From a virus, in the IMG/VR virus record IMGVR_UViG_3300035146_000036: a stretch of 64,000 bases of DNA. One strand, 5' to 3'. Numbering within the stretch: position 1 is the stretch's first letter; each line of letters starts with the position of its first letter. Below, one piece after another: positions 40,191 to 49,381 of this stretch. Below the pieces are notes generated by a model that saw nothing but the letters and a program-made list of their open reading frames with translations, had not been told where the DNA came from and did no database searches. The position numbers and the translations under genes were made by a program.

Positions 40191-40541
40191 ATGAGATTTT
40201 TTGTATTGTTGGTATTAGTTTTGTCGTTGTTTGGGTGTAATAAATCAGTAGTAAGAAACAAATCGGTTTATAGAGAGGAGTTGAATTTTATTGATGCTGC
40301 TTCAGATGAAACTGTTGTGAATGGTAAAGCATTGATAGCAAGTATGTGTGAATGTTCTGAAATTGAAGGTGTAAAAGGGTTTACAACTGCTGAATGTCAG
40401 AATCTTGCTGAAACAGTGCTTGTTGTTGAGGCAAGAGTAAAGTATCATACTAATATGATGAGATTTAATAGTGGCTTGATAGAAGAAAGGCCATCAGAGG
40501 ACCCACCAGAGGTTCCTGATACTAATACGTTGTGTCCATAG
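40191..40541 (+). CDS. Putative lipoprotein
   Basis: MRFFVLLVLVLSLFGC lipobox; AAGGAGGA RBS; palindrome upstream. Confidence 0.55.
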   Translation: MRFFVLLVLVLSLFGCNKSVVRNKSVYREELNFIDAASDETVVNGKALIASMCECSEIEGVKGFTTAECQNLAETVLVVEARVKYHTNMMRFNSGLIEERPSEDPPEVPDTNTLCP

Positions 40542-40558
40542 GTTGAAAAAGGAGAAAT

Positions 40559-40951
40559 ATGATGAGTACTAAATGGGAAGAATTGATTAGTAGTATAATA
40601 AAAACGGTTGGTGTTGCTGGAGTTTCAGAACTTGAAAAAGCTCTTGCAGAGTTAGAAAGTGAAGCTAAGAAGCCATGGCAAAAAGCGATTTTAAATATTG
40701 CTGGTGATTTGCTTGCAAAACATGGTATTGATGGTATTAAGATGCTTGAGGCATTGATAGAAAACATTATGAATGATGAAGTGCCAGATTTATCTTTTGC
40801 TTCCTTAAAGGACCGTTCTGATTATTTGGCAGCTATTCAGAATATGGAAGCTGATGACAAAAAGAAAGTTAGAGAATTTTTTACGAAAATTGGATATAGT
40901 CTTGGTGTTGTAGTCAAGTCAATAATATCTGGTGTCCTCGGTTTTAATTGA
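40559..40951 (+). CDS. Hypothetical protein
   Basis: ORF with AAGGAG RBS. Confidence 0.45.
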   Translation: MMSTKWEELISSIIKTVGVAGVSELEKALAELESEAKKPWQKAILNIAGDLLAKHGIDGIKMLEALIENIMNDEVPDLSFASLKDRSDYLAAIQNMEADDKKKVREFFTKIGYSLGVVVKSIISGVLGFN

Positions 40952-41010
40952 CTAGTATCATAGTTGTTTGCTAAAAATAGTTGAAGGTTGTTCACCAAAG
41001 GGAGGCTTAG

Positions 41011-41598
41011 ATGCCAACAGGTGTTATAAAAGGTTCAGAGTCTGAGGCTATTTGGGCTAGAGCTGTGAAGACAACAGAGGAACAATATCCTGGTTTAAAA
41101 GGCAAGGATAAAAATAAATTTTATGCTATAGTTATGACTATTTATAAAAATATGTGTACAAAGCATAAATGTACTCCTAAAAATGAATCAGATATGTCTA
41201 TGATTTTGAATCGTTTAGAGCTTTTTGGAGAGTCTTTGCCTGTAGATTATACTGGATGGCAATTAGAGGAACCATTGAATGCTGAAGAGAAAAAGTTGAC
41301 ATCAAATGTTGTTAGAGATTTGAATAAAGGTATGAGAAATGCGATGTCTGGTCTTAATAAATGGATGATGAATAATTATGTTGATGTTACTAGTAGTGAT
41401 GGAATGGATAAGATAGGCAAGGAATTATCTGTTGTTTGGGGTAAGTATATTAAACCTATTATAAATAATAAAAAATATATTAGTACAGGTATAACTGATG
41501 CAGAGCCAGTATATGAAGCTGGTCAACGATTGATTAATTTTATAAAAAAATATTATGGATTAACTTCTTGGACTAGTTTAGGTGATTATATTTATTGA
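41011..41598 (+). CDS. Hypothetical protein
   Basis: ORF with GGGAGG RBS. Confidence 0.45.
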   Translation: MPTGVIKGSESEAIWARAVKTTEEQYPGLKGKDKNKFYAIVMTIYKNMCTKHKCTPKNESDMSMILNRLELFGESLPVDYTGWQLEEPLNAEEKKLTSNVVRDLNKGMRNAMSGLNKWMMNNYVDVTSSDGMDKIGKELSVVWGKYIKPIINNKKYISTGITDAEPVYEAGQRLINFIKKYYGLTSWTSLGDYIY

Positions 41599-41610
41599 GA
41601 GGTAGTAAAT

Positions 41611-42228
41611 ATGAGATTAAAGAAATTAGCTGAATCTATTCTATCTATATCTGAAGAAGCATTAATTGAATCTGCTAAATTAAAAGGTAAAGAATATGGT
41701 GATGCAGTTGCTTTTTTTAAAAAAGGTATATTGCCTGATGGTTCATCTTGGGGAAGACCATTAAATTTTAGATTTGGATATGATAACGAACCTGTTGTAA
41801 GTAGAGAGAGGATAAAGGATACAAAAACAGGCAAGGAATATAGTGCTCGTATTCATTTATTGCCAGGTAAAGGTGGTGGTTCTGGAATATCAATAGATGC
41901 ACCTGCATCAAATCATCTTTTTAATATGATGGGTACTGAACCTAAAATTATTCAGGCTGTAGGAAAAGCTTTTTTAGAAGTTGTAAAAAGAAAATCTAGA
42001 AAGCTGAATTATTCTTTTGCGAGATGGCTTAAGGAAAAAGACAATTTTTTGCATCATATTGTTGGTTGGGATAACAGAGATAAGTATAAGATTGATGATG
42101 TAATATTTAAATCTATTCGATATGAGACACCAATGGTGGACCCAACAAGAAGAAAATGGCCTTCCGGAAGGACTGAAATATGGGTTCCTGTAACTGCAGA
42201 TGTGATTATAAATTTGAAGAACAAATAA
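41611..42228 (+). CDS. Hypothetical protein
   Basis: ORF. Confidence 0.45.
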   Translation: MRLKKLAESILSISEEALIESAKLKGKEYGDAVAFFKKGILPDGSSWGRPLNFRFGYDNEPVVSRERIKDTKTGKEYSARIHLLPGKGGGSGISIDAPASNHLFNMMGTEPKIIQAVGKAFLEVVKRKSRKLNYSFARWLKEKDNFLHHIVGWDNRDKYKIDDVIFKSIRYETPMVDPTRRKWPSGRTEIWVPVTADVIINLKNK

Positions 42229-42229
42229 G

Positions 42230-42517
42230 GTGATTTGCATGAAAGATTTATTAGAAAGAGTTGAAGCAAAATGGTATAAAGATGCAAAAAAAGCTGATAG
42301 AAAAGTTAAAGATGTATATTCTAATTTGGAAAGAATAGAAAAACAAGTTGGAATTATAAGAAGAACTATGGACCGTCAAAAACAATTTCCAGGCAAGAAG
42401 GATACTATGGCTGCTGTTGAAGATAGTGGTTCAAATGCAATGATGATGATAGAGTTTGCTAAAGAGGTTTTAAAAGACATTGTTGAGATAAATAAGTATA
42501 ATGTTAGTAGTAGATAA
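42230..42517 (+). CDS. Hypothetical protein
   Basis: ORF. Confidence 0.35.
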   Translation: MICMKDLLERVEAKWYKDAKKADRKVKDVYSNLERIEKQVGIIRRTMDRQKQFPGKKDTMAAVEDSGSNAMMMIEFAKEVLKDIVEINKYNVSSR

Positions 42518-42548
42518 TTTGAAAGATAAGATTTTTGGAGGGAAATAA

Positions 42549-42914
42549 ATGACTTTATCCGTTAGTGACCAGGTTCCACCAGTAGGAACTAAATTGATTG
42601 TTAATGATGATGCTGATGAAACGTCTAATAATTCTGTAACTGGTGCATCAGGCAGTATTTATCAGCTTGAAATTGATAATACGAATAATTCTGATAATCC
42701 TGCTTACTTGAAAATATATGACAATGCATCACCAGTTGTTGGGACAACGGCACCTGATTTTATTTTTAAGGCAGCGATTAGCCAAACTATGTCTTTAGCT
42801 GTTCCAAGTGGATTACCTTTTAATAATCTTTCATTTGCTGTTGTTGTATCTGGAGGAACAGCGGGTACTACTGGACCGACGAATCCAGTTATTATAAGAA
42901 TGGTTACGTCATAA
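42549..42914 (+). CDS. Hypothetical beta-rich protein
   Basis: ORF with GGAGGG RBS. Confidence 0.45.
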   Translation: MTLSVSDQVPPVGTKLIVNDDADETSNNSVTGASGSIYQLEIDNTNNSDNPAYLKIYDNASPVVGTTAPDFIFKAAISQTMSLAVPSGLPFNNLSFAVVVSGGTAGTTGPTNPVIIRMVTS

Positions 42915-43243
42915 TGTTAAAAATGAGTGATATATTTAATATTATAGAGAGTAATAATGCAGATTTATTAAGGGCGAAAAATAGGTCTGAAAATATACAT
43001 AAAACACTTATGCCAAGAAGTGCTTCTGAATTATCTAGGTCAGGAACAATGATAAGGAAGAAGTTTGATAAATATATTGATGCTCTTAAAGATCTTATAG
43101 AAAAGGACAACCTTACTATTGATAGGATTATGTGGAAGGGTTTTTCACATGATTTTTTAATAAAAATAAATGAATTGTTGAGTTTGAATGAATGTTTTAG
43201 TGTAGTAGTTGACGAAATTAATAAAATAAACAAAAAGAAATAG
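42914..43243 (+). CDS. Hypothetical protein
   Basis: ORF. Confidence 0.4.
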   Translation: MLKMSDIFNIIESNNADLLRAKNRSENIHKTLMPRSASELSRSGTMIRKKFDKYIDALKDLIEKDNLTIDRIMWKGFSHDFLIKINELLSLNECFSVVVDEINKINKKK

Positions 43244-43274
43244 AACGAACTCGAGTTCGCACCAAGAAGGATAT

Positions 43275-43607
43275 ATGATGTTAAAACGAGATAAGAAGAT
43301 AGACCCAAAAAAATTTTCGATATTTAAAAGATTTATTCCAAGGGCCAAGGAGATTTCAAAATCTAAATTAAATAGGGGGATATATCGTGAACAGGGTGCT
43401 TGGGATAATATTAAAAATATGTCTGATAATGAATGGATAAAACGAATTATTAATCATATTCGTGCAGCAGATTTAACTATGTCAGATAATGATATGATAA
43501 AAGATCCTGGTAAAGCTATGACATATTATAGAGAAAACATCAATGAAAATGAAAATATGAGTGATATTTTGGAGAGTATTGAAAGGAAGATAAAGAATGG
43601 GATGTAA
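43275..43607 (+). CDS. Hypothetical protein (NMSDILESIE motif)
   Basis: ORF after palindrome and AAGAAGGA RBS. Confidence 0.45.
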   Translation: MMLKRDKKIDPKKFSIFKRFIPRAKEISKSKLNRGIYREQGAWDNIKNMSDNEWIKRIINHIRAADLTMSDNDMIKDPGKAMTYYRENINENENMSDILESIERKIKNGM

Positions 43608-43677
43608 GAAAAAAGGCGGAAAGAAGAAAAAGAAATAATTGTTTCACGTGAAACATTGAATATTAAGAGAGGAAGCA

Positions 43678-44205
43678 ATGGATATATTTGAAGAGAAATG
43701 GTCTGCTGATGTTGTGACAAAATGGGAACCACCAGAAGGTTTTTTTAAACAGAGTGCAGAAAAAATTGCTTCTGGATTAAAAACAGCATCGAATGATTTA
43801 AAGACTGCCATGGGTAGATTGAATTTCTATATCAATAGAGCTGGCAAAAAATTGAGCGATGAAGACAGAAGCAAGCTCGAGTCTGCAAAGAAAAAATTGA
43901 GCAAGATGTATGAAGATTCAGCACCAAGAATGAGTAATATTTTAGAGCGAATCGAGGAAAGCAAAGATAAATATTCAGCTAATATGGTAAAAGGAGCCAT
44001 AAGAGATATTGAAAAGTTATTAAACAAATACGCTTCAATGAGTGAGTTTAATAAGGAAGATTTGAAGAAACTTATTTATGGATTATTGATAAAAACATCT
44101 TATATAAGTGATGAGTTAAGTATTTTGTTGTCATCTGGTAGGGATAAGAATAAATTTAAGAAAATTTCGAGTGATATTAAAAATACAGCATTTGAAATAA
44201 AATAA
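43678..44205 (+). CDS. Hypothetical protein (paralog family with MSxILExIEE motif)
   Basis: ORF after GTTTCACGTGAAAC palindrome. Confidence 0.45.
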   Translation: MDIFEEKWSADVVTKWEPPEGFFKQSAEKIASGLKTASNDLKTAMGRLNFYINRAGKKLSDEDRSKLESAKKKLSKMYEDSAPRMSNILERIEESKDKYSANMVKGAIRDIEKLLNKYASMSEFNKEDLKKLIYGLLIKTSYISDELSILLSSGRDKNKFKKISSDIKNTAFEIK

Positions 44206-44241
44206 AAAAATAAAGCAATTAAATATACAGTTGCTAAAAGG

Positions 44242-44586
44242 ATGACAAAAAAAATGAGCGATAAAGATAATAATAGAATGAGCGATATTTTAGAAGGAAT
44301 AGAGGAAGGTATGAAAGGATTTGACCCATCCTTGAAATTGAATAAAGGAGATATTGCTCTTGGTCAAGCGATTGGACATTTATGGAAAGCAGCAGAAGAA
44401 TTAGATGCAGCAAGTGGTATGGGTAAATATGAAAAAATATTGCATGATGTTATTAATAGAATAGGTAAAGATATAGAAAGTGTTAATGATAGTCGTACAG
44501 GATATATGGATGCTATTTATGGTATATCTCAAAAAGTATGGGGAAGAGGAAGTAAATTTCCTAAGTTTGCATATACAACAAAATAA
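44242..44586 (+). CDS. Hypothetical protein (MSDILEGIEE motif paralog)
   Basis: ORF. Confidence 0.45.
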   Translation: MTKKMSDKDNNRMSDILEGIEEGMKGFDPSLKLNKGDIALGQAIGHLWKAAEELDAASGMGKYEKILHDVINRIGKDIESVNDSRTGYMDAIYGISQKVWGRGSKFPKFAYTTK

Positions 44587-44626
44587 ACAAAGCAACTAAA
44601 TATATAGTTGTTTAAAGGAGGACAAA

Positions 44627-45130
44627 ATGTCAGAAGTGCCGACAGGAAAAGAATTAAGAGTGGATAGTGCAATTCCATATGCATCCCAGATAATGAATGA
44701 TTCCACCTATCCAGGGAAGTATGTGGATGATGCGTTGGATGGAGTTTATACAACAATCGGTTGTAGACTGCGTGCGGTTGCAGAAGACTTGGATCTTCAT
44801 ACTTTGAATGATGAGGTATCTATAGCATTAGGAGGATCAGCATCTGATGCATGGCATCCAACTTTTGCTGTAGTAAAGGTAAAAACAGTTACTGGTACAC
44901 CAAGTACACCTGCAGAAATTACTATTGGGACTTCAACGGGTGGAACTCAGTTAGTTACTGCAACTGCCTTAACAAGTCTTACTACGCTTGGGGCTACGTT
45001 GATAATCTCATTTACTGGAGCTAAAGCTGCAATTACTGCTGATTCAACTATTTATGTGAAATGTACAACGGCTGAAGCTGTGGCTAGTGTATTAACTGCC
45101 GATGTTTATGTCTACGGTGAAATCCTCTAA
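44627..45130 (+). CDS. Hypothetical protein
   Basis: ORF with AAGGAGGA RBS. Confidence 0.45.
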   Translation: MSEVPTGKELRVDSAIPYASQIMNDSTYPGKYVDDALDGVYTTIGCRLRAVAEDLDLHTLNDEVSIALGGSASDAWHPTFAVVKVKTVTGTPSTPAEITIGTSTGGTQLVTATALTSLTTLGATLIISFTGAKAAITADSTIYVKCTTAEAVASVLTADVYVYGEIL

Positions 45131-45306
45131 TTTTCTTTTTTGTATGAAAAAATGTCAATAAAGTACGCAATTTTTTCTATTTGAAATCATTGGGTTTTTT
45201 AAGGTACGCAATTTTTTCACGCAAAAAGTATCCATTCTGAAAAAAGTATACAGCAAAAAAACTAATAATTTCGCGTTTTGAAAGTTGGCACGCGTAATGC
45301 AACCTA

Positions 45307-45579
45307 TTGTTGGCAGTTGCTGATGAAAGGATGATAGATAAGATGAAAGCTGAAGAAATCATTAAAATTGAAAATCCTGTTTTCAGGATAAGATGTTCAG
45401 AAAAACAATTCAGCAAATTGACAGCTACTGCTATCAAGTTTGGCAGTAAAGCTGTGCTAAAGTCGACGGGTAGAACTGTTGAACATGAGATGTTTATTGT
45501 TTCGGCAATCAGACAGGAGACACTGTTTCGGATGAGAACTCATCAATCAACACTGTTACCTGTATCTATAATTCATTAA
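45307..45579 (+). CDS. Hypothetical protein (start uncertain)
   Basis: ORF in GC-richer island. Confidence 0.3.
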   Translation: MLAVADERMIDKMKAEEIIKIENPVFRIRCSEKQFSKLTATAIKFGSKAVLKSTGRTVEHEMFIVSAIRQETLFRMRTHQSTLLPVSIIH

Positions 45580-45619
45580 TCTCTTAGATATTAAGTAGTT
45601 GATGACGAAAGGATAAATT

Positions 45620-45814
45620 ATGAGTTATCAAAAAGGCGTTACGATATATTGTGACAATTTTATTGGCGAAGAAGAGAATCAGTGTTGTGCTTCTATTTCA
45701 ACACCGTATGCTGATGTCAGAGGGGCAAGGTCTTTTGCCCGAAAAAATGGATGGAAATGTGATGGAGAGTGGGATTATTGCCCACTCTGTAAGGAAGAAC
45801 TAAAGGTCGACTAA
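45620..45814 (+). CDS. Small Cys-rich (zinc-ribbon-like) protein
   Basis: ORF with C..CC...C..C pattern. Confidence 0.4.
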   Translation: MSYQKGVTIYCDNFIGEEENQCCASISTPYADVRGARSFARKNGWKCDGEWDYCPLCKEELKVD

Positions 45815-45863
45815 TAATTGACCGAAATAAGGCCGATTTACGGCCAGAAAAAGGAGTAAGAAG

Positions 45864-46346
45864 ATGAAAGAAGAAAAAATAATATGCCCATCTTGCGGGT
45901 ATGACAGTGAAGGATATGCATCGTATCTTCCAGAGTGTCCGCATTGTGGAGAGAAGAATCCGTATCCAAATCTTATACCGCATCACCGTATTGTCAATCT
46001 TACCCCCCATAAGGTAACGTATTGGGAACGGCTTGATGCTCAGGATCATCCGCATGTCGTGGAAGAATACCCTTCGGAAGGCATCGCAAGATGCCAAGAA
46101 AAAATCAATCAGATAGGCGTCTATTACGATGCCTATGGGTATGATGGTAAATCGGCGACACCGCTGATTTACGAAACGTCATACGGTGACATAGAGGGGC
46201 TTCCTGAGCCCATGCCAGGGGTACTATTTATTGTATCAAGGCTTGTTAAACAAGCCGTACCGTACAGAGATGATTGTGTAGTGCCGTGTATGGTACTACG
46301 AGACACACAAGGATGTGTTATAGGTTGTATGGGATTTTCTCTATGA
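45864..46346 (+). CDS. Zinc-ribbon protein
   Basis: CPSCG...CPHCG N-terminus; AAGGAG RBS. Confidence 0.45.
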   Translation: MKEEKIICPSCGYDSEGYASYLPECPHCGEKNPYPNLIPHHRIVNLTPHKVTYWERLDAQDHPHVVEEYPSEGIARCQEKINQIGVYYDAYGYDGKSATPLIYETSYGDIEGLPEPMPGVLFIVSRLVKQAVPYRDDCVVPCMVLRDTQGCVIGCMGFSL

Positions 46347-46357
46347 GGATTTTCTCT

Positions 46358-46576
46358 ATGAATATTAAAAAAAATGAATGCATGTTTTGTGGAGAAAGGA
46401 TTTTAGAAGGAGTATTCTGCTCAGAGCAATGCAAGAATTTAGCCATTTCTGAAGCTGAGGATATAGACAGGAGAATTTATTTTCTTTTCGGAAAAAAATC
46501 AAATTATTGTCAAAGAAAACTTACTAAGATGTTTGACGAGATGTCAACTAAAGAAGAAAGAGGAGAAGATCAATGA
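46358..46576 (+). CDS. Small zinc-binding protein (MNIKKNECMFCGER...)
   Basis: Start ATG lies in the second copy of a 15-bp tandem duplication; CxxC...C..C. Confidence 0.4.
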   Translation: MNIKKNECMFCGERILEGVFCSEQCKNLAISEAEDIDRRIYFLFGKKSNYCQRKLTKMFDEMSTKEERGEDQ

Positions 46577-47601
46577 AAAAAGTAGAGTTATCATGGAGTG
46601 AGGGTGATACAGATGTCATTATTTTGGTGGATGATGATCCGCTGAAAATTCTGACGTATGAATTTGACTCGGATGCCGTGCATGATTTTTGTATAGCAGG
46701 GCAACTATATTATCGGTCAAAATCTGGGTTATCTGGGGCGGGTTGGGTTCCTGCCAATGATGTCTTAAAGTTGGGATGGTATCGCGTAGACATTCCTAGG
46801 CAATCTCCCGTTAATGTTGCATCAATTGGGGATGGTCTTTATATGTGGATCCCAATTCGGGGTCACAAGGGGATAGATAAAAATTATCCAGTAGTTATAT
46901 CAGACCGGTTAGACAAAGTATGGTTTTTACCAGTGAATTTTGTGCAACGCAACATTTCTTCCATCATCCAAAGTCTCGATGTCGCAATGTCGAATGATTG
47001 TTTGACCGCAAAACAGATTCCATTTACTTGGCTTGTGCCTGAGCGACCACCATTGCTTGAAGTTCGACGCTTCGATACTAACGAAAATAACGAATTAGTG
47101 GATGTATCTTATGAGTGTACTTTATATACGATGGAATCTACTGCTTCAAGACCTTCAATTAGTAGATTTCTTAATTTGGAAGAATATACCATTCCTACTC
47201 ATCAATGGTTGGGAGAACTTGCTAGGCCGCAAACAACGTGGATGAAAAATTTAGGTATTTATCAAGTCTTAGATGACCAGTGGGTTGTAGTTGGAAAAGA
47301 AGGCTTGATAGAGCATACTCTTTCATCGGACCCTCGAATGATAGATGGCGGGGAGATGTGTCATGGGTGGGCATTCGAAGGCGATGGTTTAGTTTGGCGT
47401 AGTACTTTTGATGGTATAAACACTAATATTTATGCCATAAAAGAAATTCCTAGTAGCCGCATTTCTGATGTGCATGATGTGCAGAATGATAATGATGAGG
47501 AATATATAGCGCATGAAATTACCATTAGCGAATATCAGTGGAAAGTGATGACGTCACAGGATCGTCATGCCATGATGGATAAAAACTTAAAAAAAAGTTG
47601 A
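46573..47601 (+). CDS. Hypothetical protein (342 aa)
   Basis: ORF with 4-nt overlap to the upstream gene. Confidence 0.45.
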   Translation: MKKVELSWSEGDTDVIILVDDDPLKILTYEFDSDAVHDFCIAGQLYYRSKSGLSGAGWVPANDVLKLGWYRVDIPRQSPVNVASIGDGLYMWIPIRGHKGIDKNYPVVISDRLDKVWFLPVNFVQRNISSIIQSLDVAMSNDCLTAKQIPFTWLVPERPPLLEVRRFDTNENNELVDVSYECTLYTMESTASRPSISRFLNLEEYTIPTHQWLGELARPQTTWMKNLGIYQVLDDQWVVVGKEGLIEHTLSSDPRMIDGGEMCHGWAFEGDGLVWRSTFDGINTNIYAIKEIPSSRISDVHDVQNDNDEEYIAHEITISEYQWKVMTSQDRHAMMDKNLKKS

Positions 47602-47655
47602 CAAAGCATTTTTGAGGTCTTAAAATCAGTATAGATGCTCAACAAGATGTTGAGC
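47599..47655 (+). promoter_or_regulatory. Sigma70-type promoter (TTGACA-16-TAAAAT) followed by stem-loop CTCAACAAGATGTTGAG
   Basis: Near-identical copy at 49313-49369. Confidence 0.6.
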
Positions 47656-47670
47656 GAAAGGAGAAGAAAG

Positions 47671-47991
47671 ATGAAAAACCTGATAGGGTATGAGGCAATT
47701 GATTTCAAGCGTAGTAATTCAGATTCAGTGCTCTGCAAATATGCAGACCCCATAGAAGACGCGCGTTATGACATCTCAGTAGCAGATGCTGAGGAAATCG
47801 CCAGCGAAGACCCCAGTCTCATCTTTATCTATGTCAAGCCAACGGAATTTCTAGTTTATATGGATGCGCCTCGACATTGGGCTGTAGCCGCTGTCGATCT
47901 GGATGATGATTTGAGTTGGGCGCGAAATTGTAACGGGGTATTCAAAAACCCCAAAGACGCGGAAGCCCATGCTGCGCGATTGAATGGATAG
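47671..47991 (+). CDS. Hypothetical protein
   Basis: ATG after AAGGAG; ORF-track start at 47635 lies inside the stem-loop. Confidence 0.4.
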   Translation: MKNLIGYEAIDFKRSNSDSVLCKYADPIEDARYDISVADAEEIASEDPSLIFIYVKPTEFLVYMDAPRHWAVAAVDLDDDLSWARNCNGVFKNPKDAEAHAARLNG

Positions 47992-48075
47992 AATTGATCC
48001 CGTCTACCCGTTAGCAATGTCGGTGGAATGTCGGTGGAATGTAGGCCGATTCGGCCATAACAAAGGAGATAAACT

Positions 48076-48546
48076 ATGAAAATTTATGCAACAATGCCAA
48101 CATATAGCGTAGAAGAGGATTGGATTAAGGGTTTGCTACTATTCGGTTCAGATTACGCGCGTGCGTATCTGCGTGTGTATAAGAGTCGAGACGATAACTG
48201 GCACATGATAGGACATGAAGAAAAATCCTCTCTAATAGAAGAGAAAATGCCTTCTCCATCCGACGGCGGATGGCAGAATAAACCATATTTAGTTATGGCT
48301 CCTGATATTATGGCAGTGAAAAATGATGCGCTGGGACGAGTATGGCGAGCACATGAGGCGTATGAGAGTCGATCTCGTAATACGACGTTGGTTAGGTATC
48401 GAGGTGTCAGTAGCGATGTGTACGGCTACGAGTATGTCGAGCTTATAGTCGGCGAGAAATCATCATTCATAGATTTATCCATATGCTCAGAATGGTCCGA
48501 TGGCGATGTATCCTTTGAGGATATTATAGAGTTTTTATATCAATGA
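48076..48546 (+). CDS. Hypothetical protein
   Basis: ORF with AAGGAG RBS. Confidence 0.45.
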   Translation: MKIYATMPTYSVEEDWIKGLLLFGSDYARAYLRVYKSRDDNWHMIGHEEKSSLIEEKMPSPSDGGWQNKPYLVMAPDIMAVKNDALGRVWRAHEAYESRSRNTTLVRYRGVSSDVYGYEYVELIVGEKSSFIDLSICSEWSDGDVSFEDIIEFLYQ

Positions 48547-48589
48547 ACCAGATGATTAATTTTATTGGGATTGGGTAAATAAAAAGTAT

Positions 48590-49294
48590 TTGAAGATATT
48601 TTATTTTTTATTTATAATCTCTCTTATGAGAGAATTACTTGATCGATTAGAAGAAAAAATTGCAGATATCGAGGATTCTGGTCTTGGTGGAAAATATTTT
48701 GAAAAAATATTTGTAAAGGCGTTGAATCTAATCGGTATGGAATTTATTGCTAATATAGCAAGTGGACCAGGATGGGATATTCATACCAGAGGGGATAAAT
48801 GGTTGAAGTTGATATCTGATAAAGATGTAAATATTAAGGTTTGTGGAACTAAGTGGATGTTGTCTTCATCGGAGTTGGCAAAAATTTTGCCATGGGAAAA
48901 ATTACCGGATGATTATGACAGTTTAAAATACGAAAAAAAGATTAGGCGTATTTTTGCACAAAAAAAAGTATCACAAATATATTTTTTGAAGCCAAAAACT
49001 CTTGATATACAAAATCAAATTATAATGGCTACAGAAAATGAAGATATTGATATTCTTAACAAACTTGTTGTTAAGAAAAATTTTAGGATAGAAAAACTTG
49101 GTAGAGGGTATGAAATAAAAATTCTTGATAATGGAAAAAGAATTACATCTGTTGCCATTATAAAAGATGGAAAGGTTTTCATGAGGAGTGAAAAGCCACG
49201 TAGTATTGGAGGTACAAATACTGTTGCTTTTAGATCACCTACACCCAAAATCAGTAAAATATCTAGACCTATTACTAAAAAAGAAAAACTTTAG
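48590..49294 (+). CDS. Hypothetical protein (probable start at 48626, 8 nt after a TTGAAG-17-TATAAT promoter)
   Basis: ORF; promoter hexamers read directly. Confidence 0.4.
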   Translation: MKIFYFLFIISLMRELLDRLEEKIADIEDSGLGGKYFEKIFVKALNLIGMEFIANIASGPGWDIHTRGDKWLKLISDKDVNIKVCGTKWMLSSSELAKILPWEKLPDDYDSLKYEKKIRRIFAQKKVSQIYFLKPKTLDIQNQIIMATENEDIDILNKLVVKKNFRIEKLGRGYEIKILDNGKRITSVAIIKDGKVFMRSEKPRSIGGTNTVAFRSPTPKISKISRPITKKEKL

Positions 49295-49312
49295 AGAAAA
49301 CTTAAAAAAAAG

Positions 49313-49369
49313 TTGACAAACTATTTTTAATGTCTTAAAATCAATGTAGATACTCAACAAGATGTTGAG
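49313..49369 (+). promoter_or_regulatory. Sigma70-type promoter (TTGACA-17-TAAAAT) plus stem-loop, duplicate of 47599-47655
   Basis: About 50 nt nearly identical to the upstream copy. Confidence 0.6.
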
Positions 49370-49381
49370 GAGGAGACAATT

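Noticed and set aside
45131-45306. Minus-strand ORF 45177-45437 across the AT-rich spacer
   Set aside because: It spans an intergenic region full of direct repeats (AAGGTACGCAATTTTTTC x2) and promoter-like sequence. It is more likely non-coding regulatory or boundary DNA.
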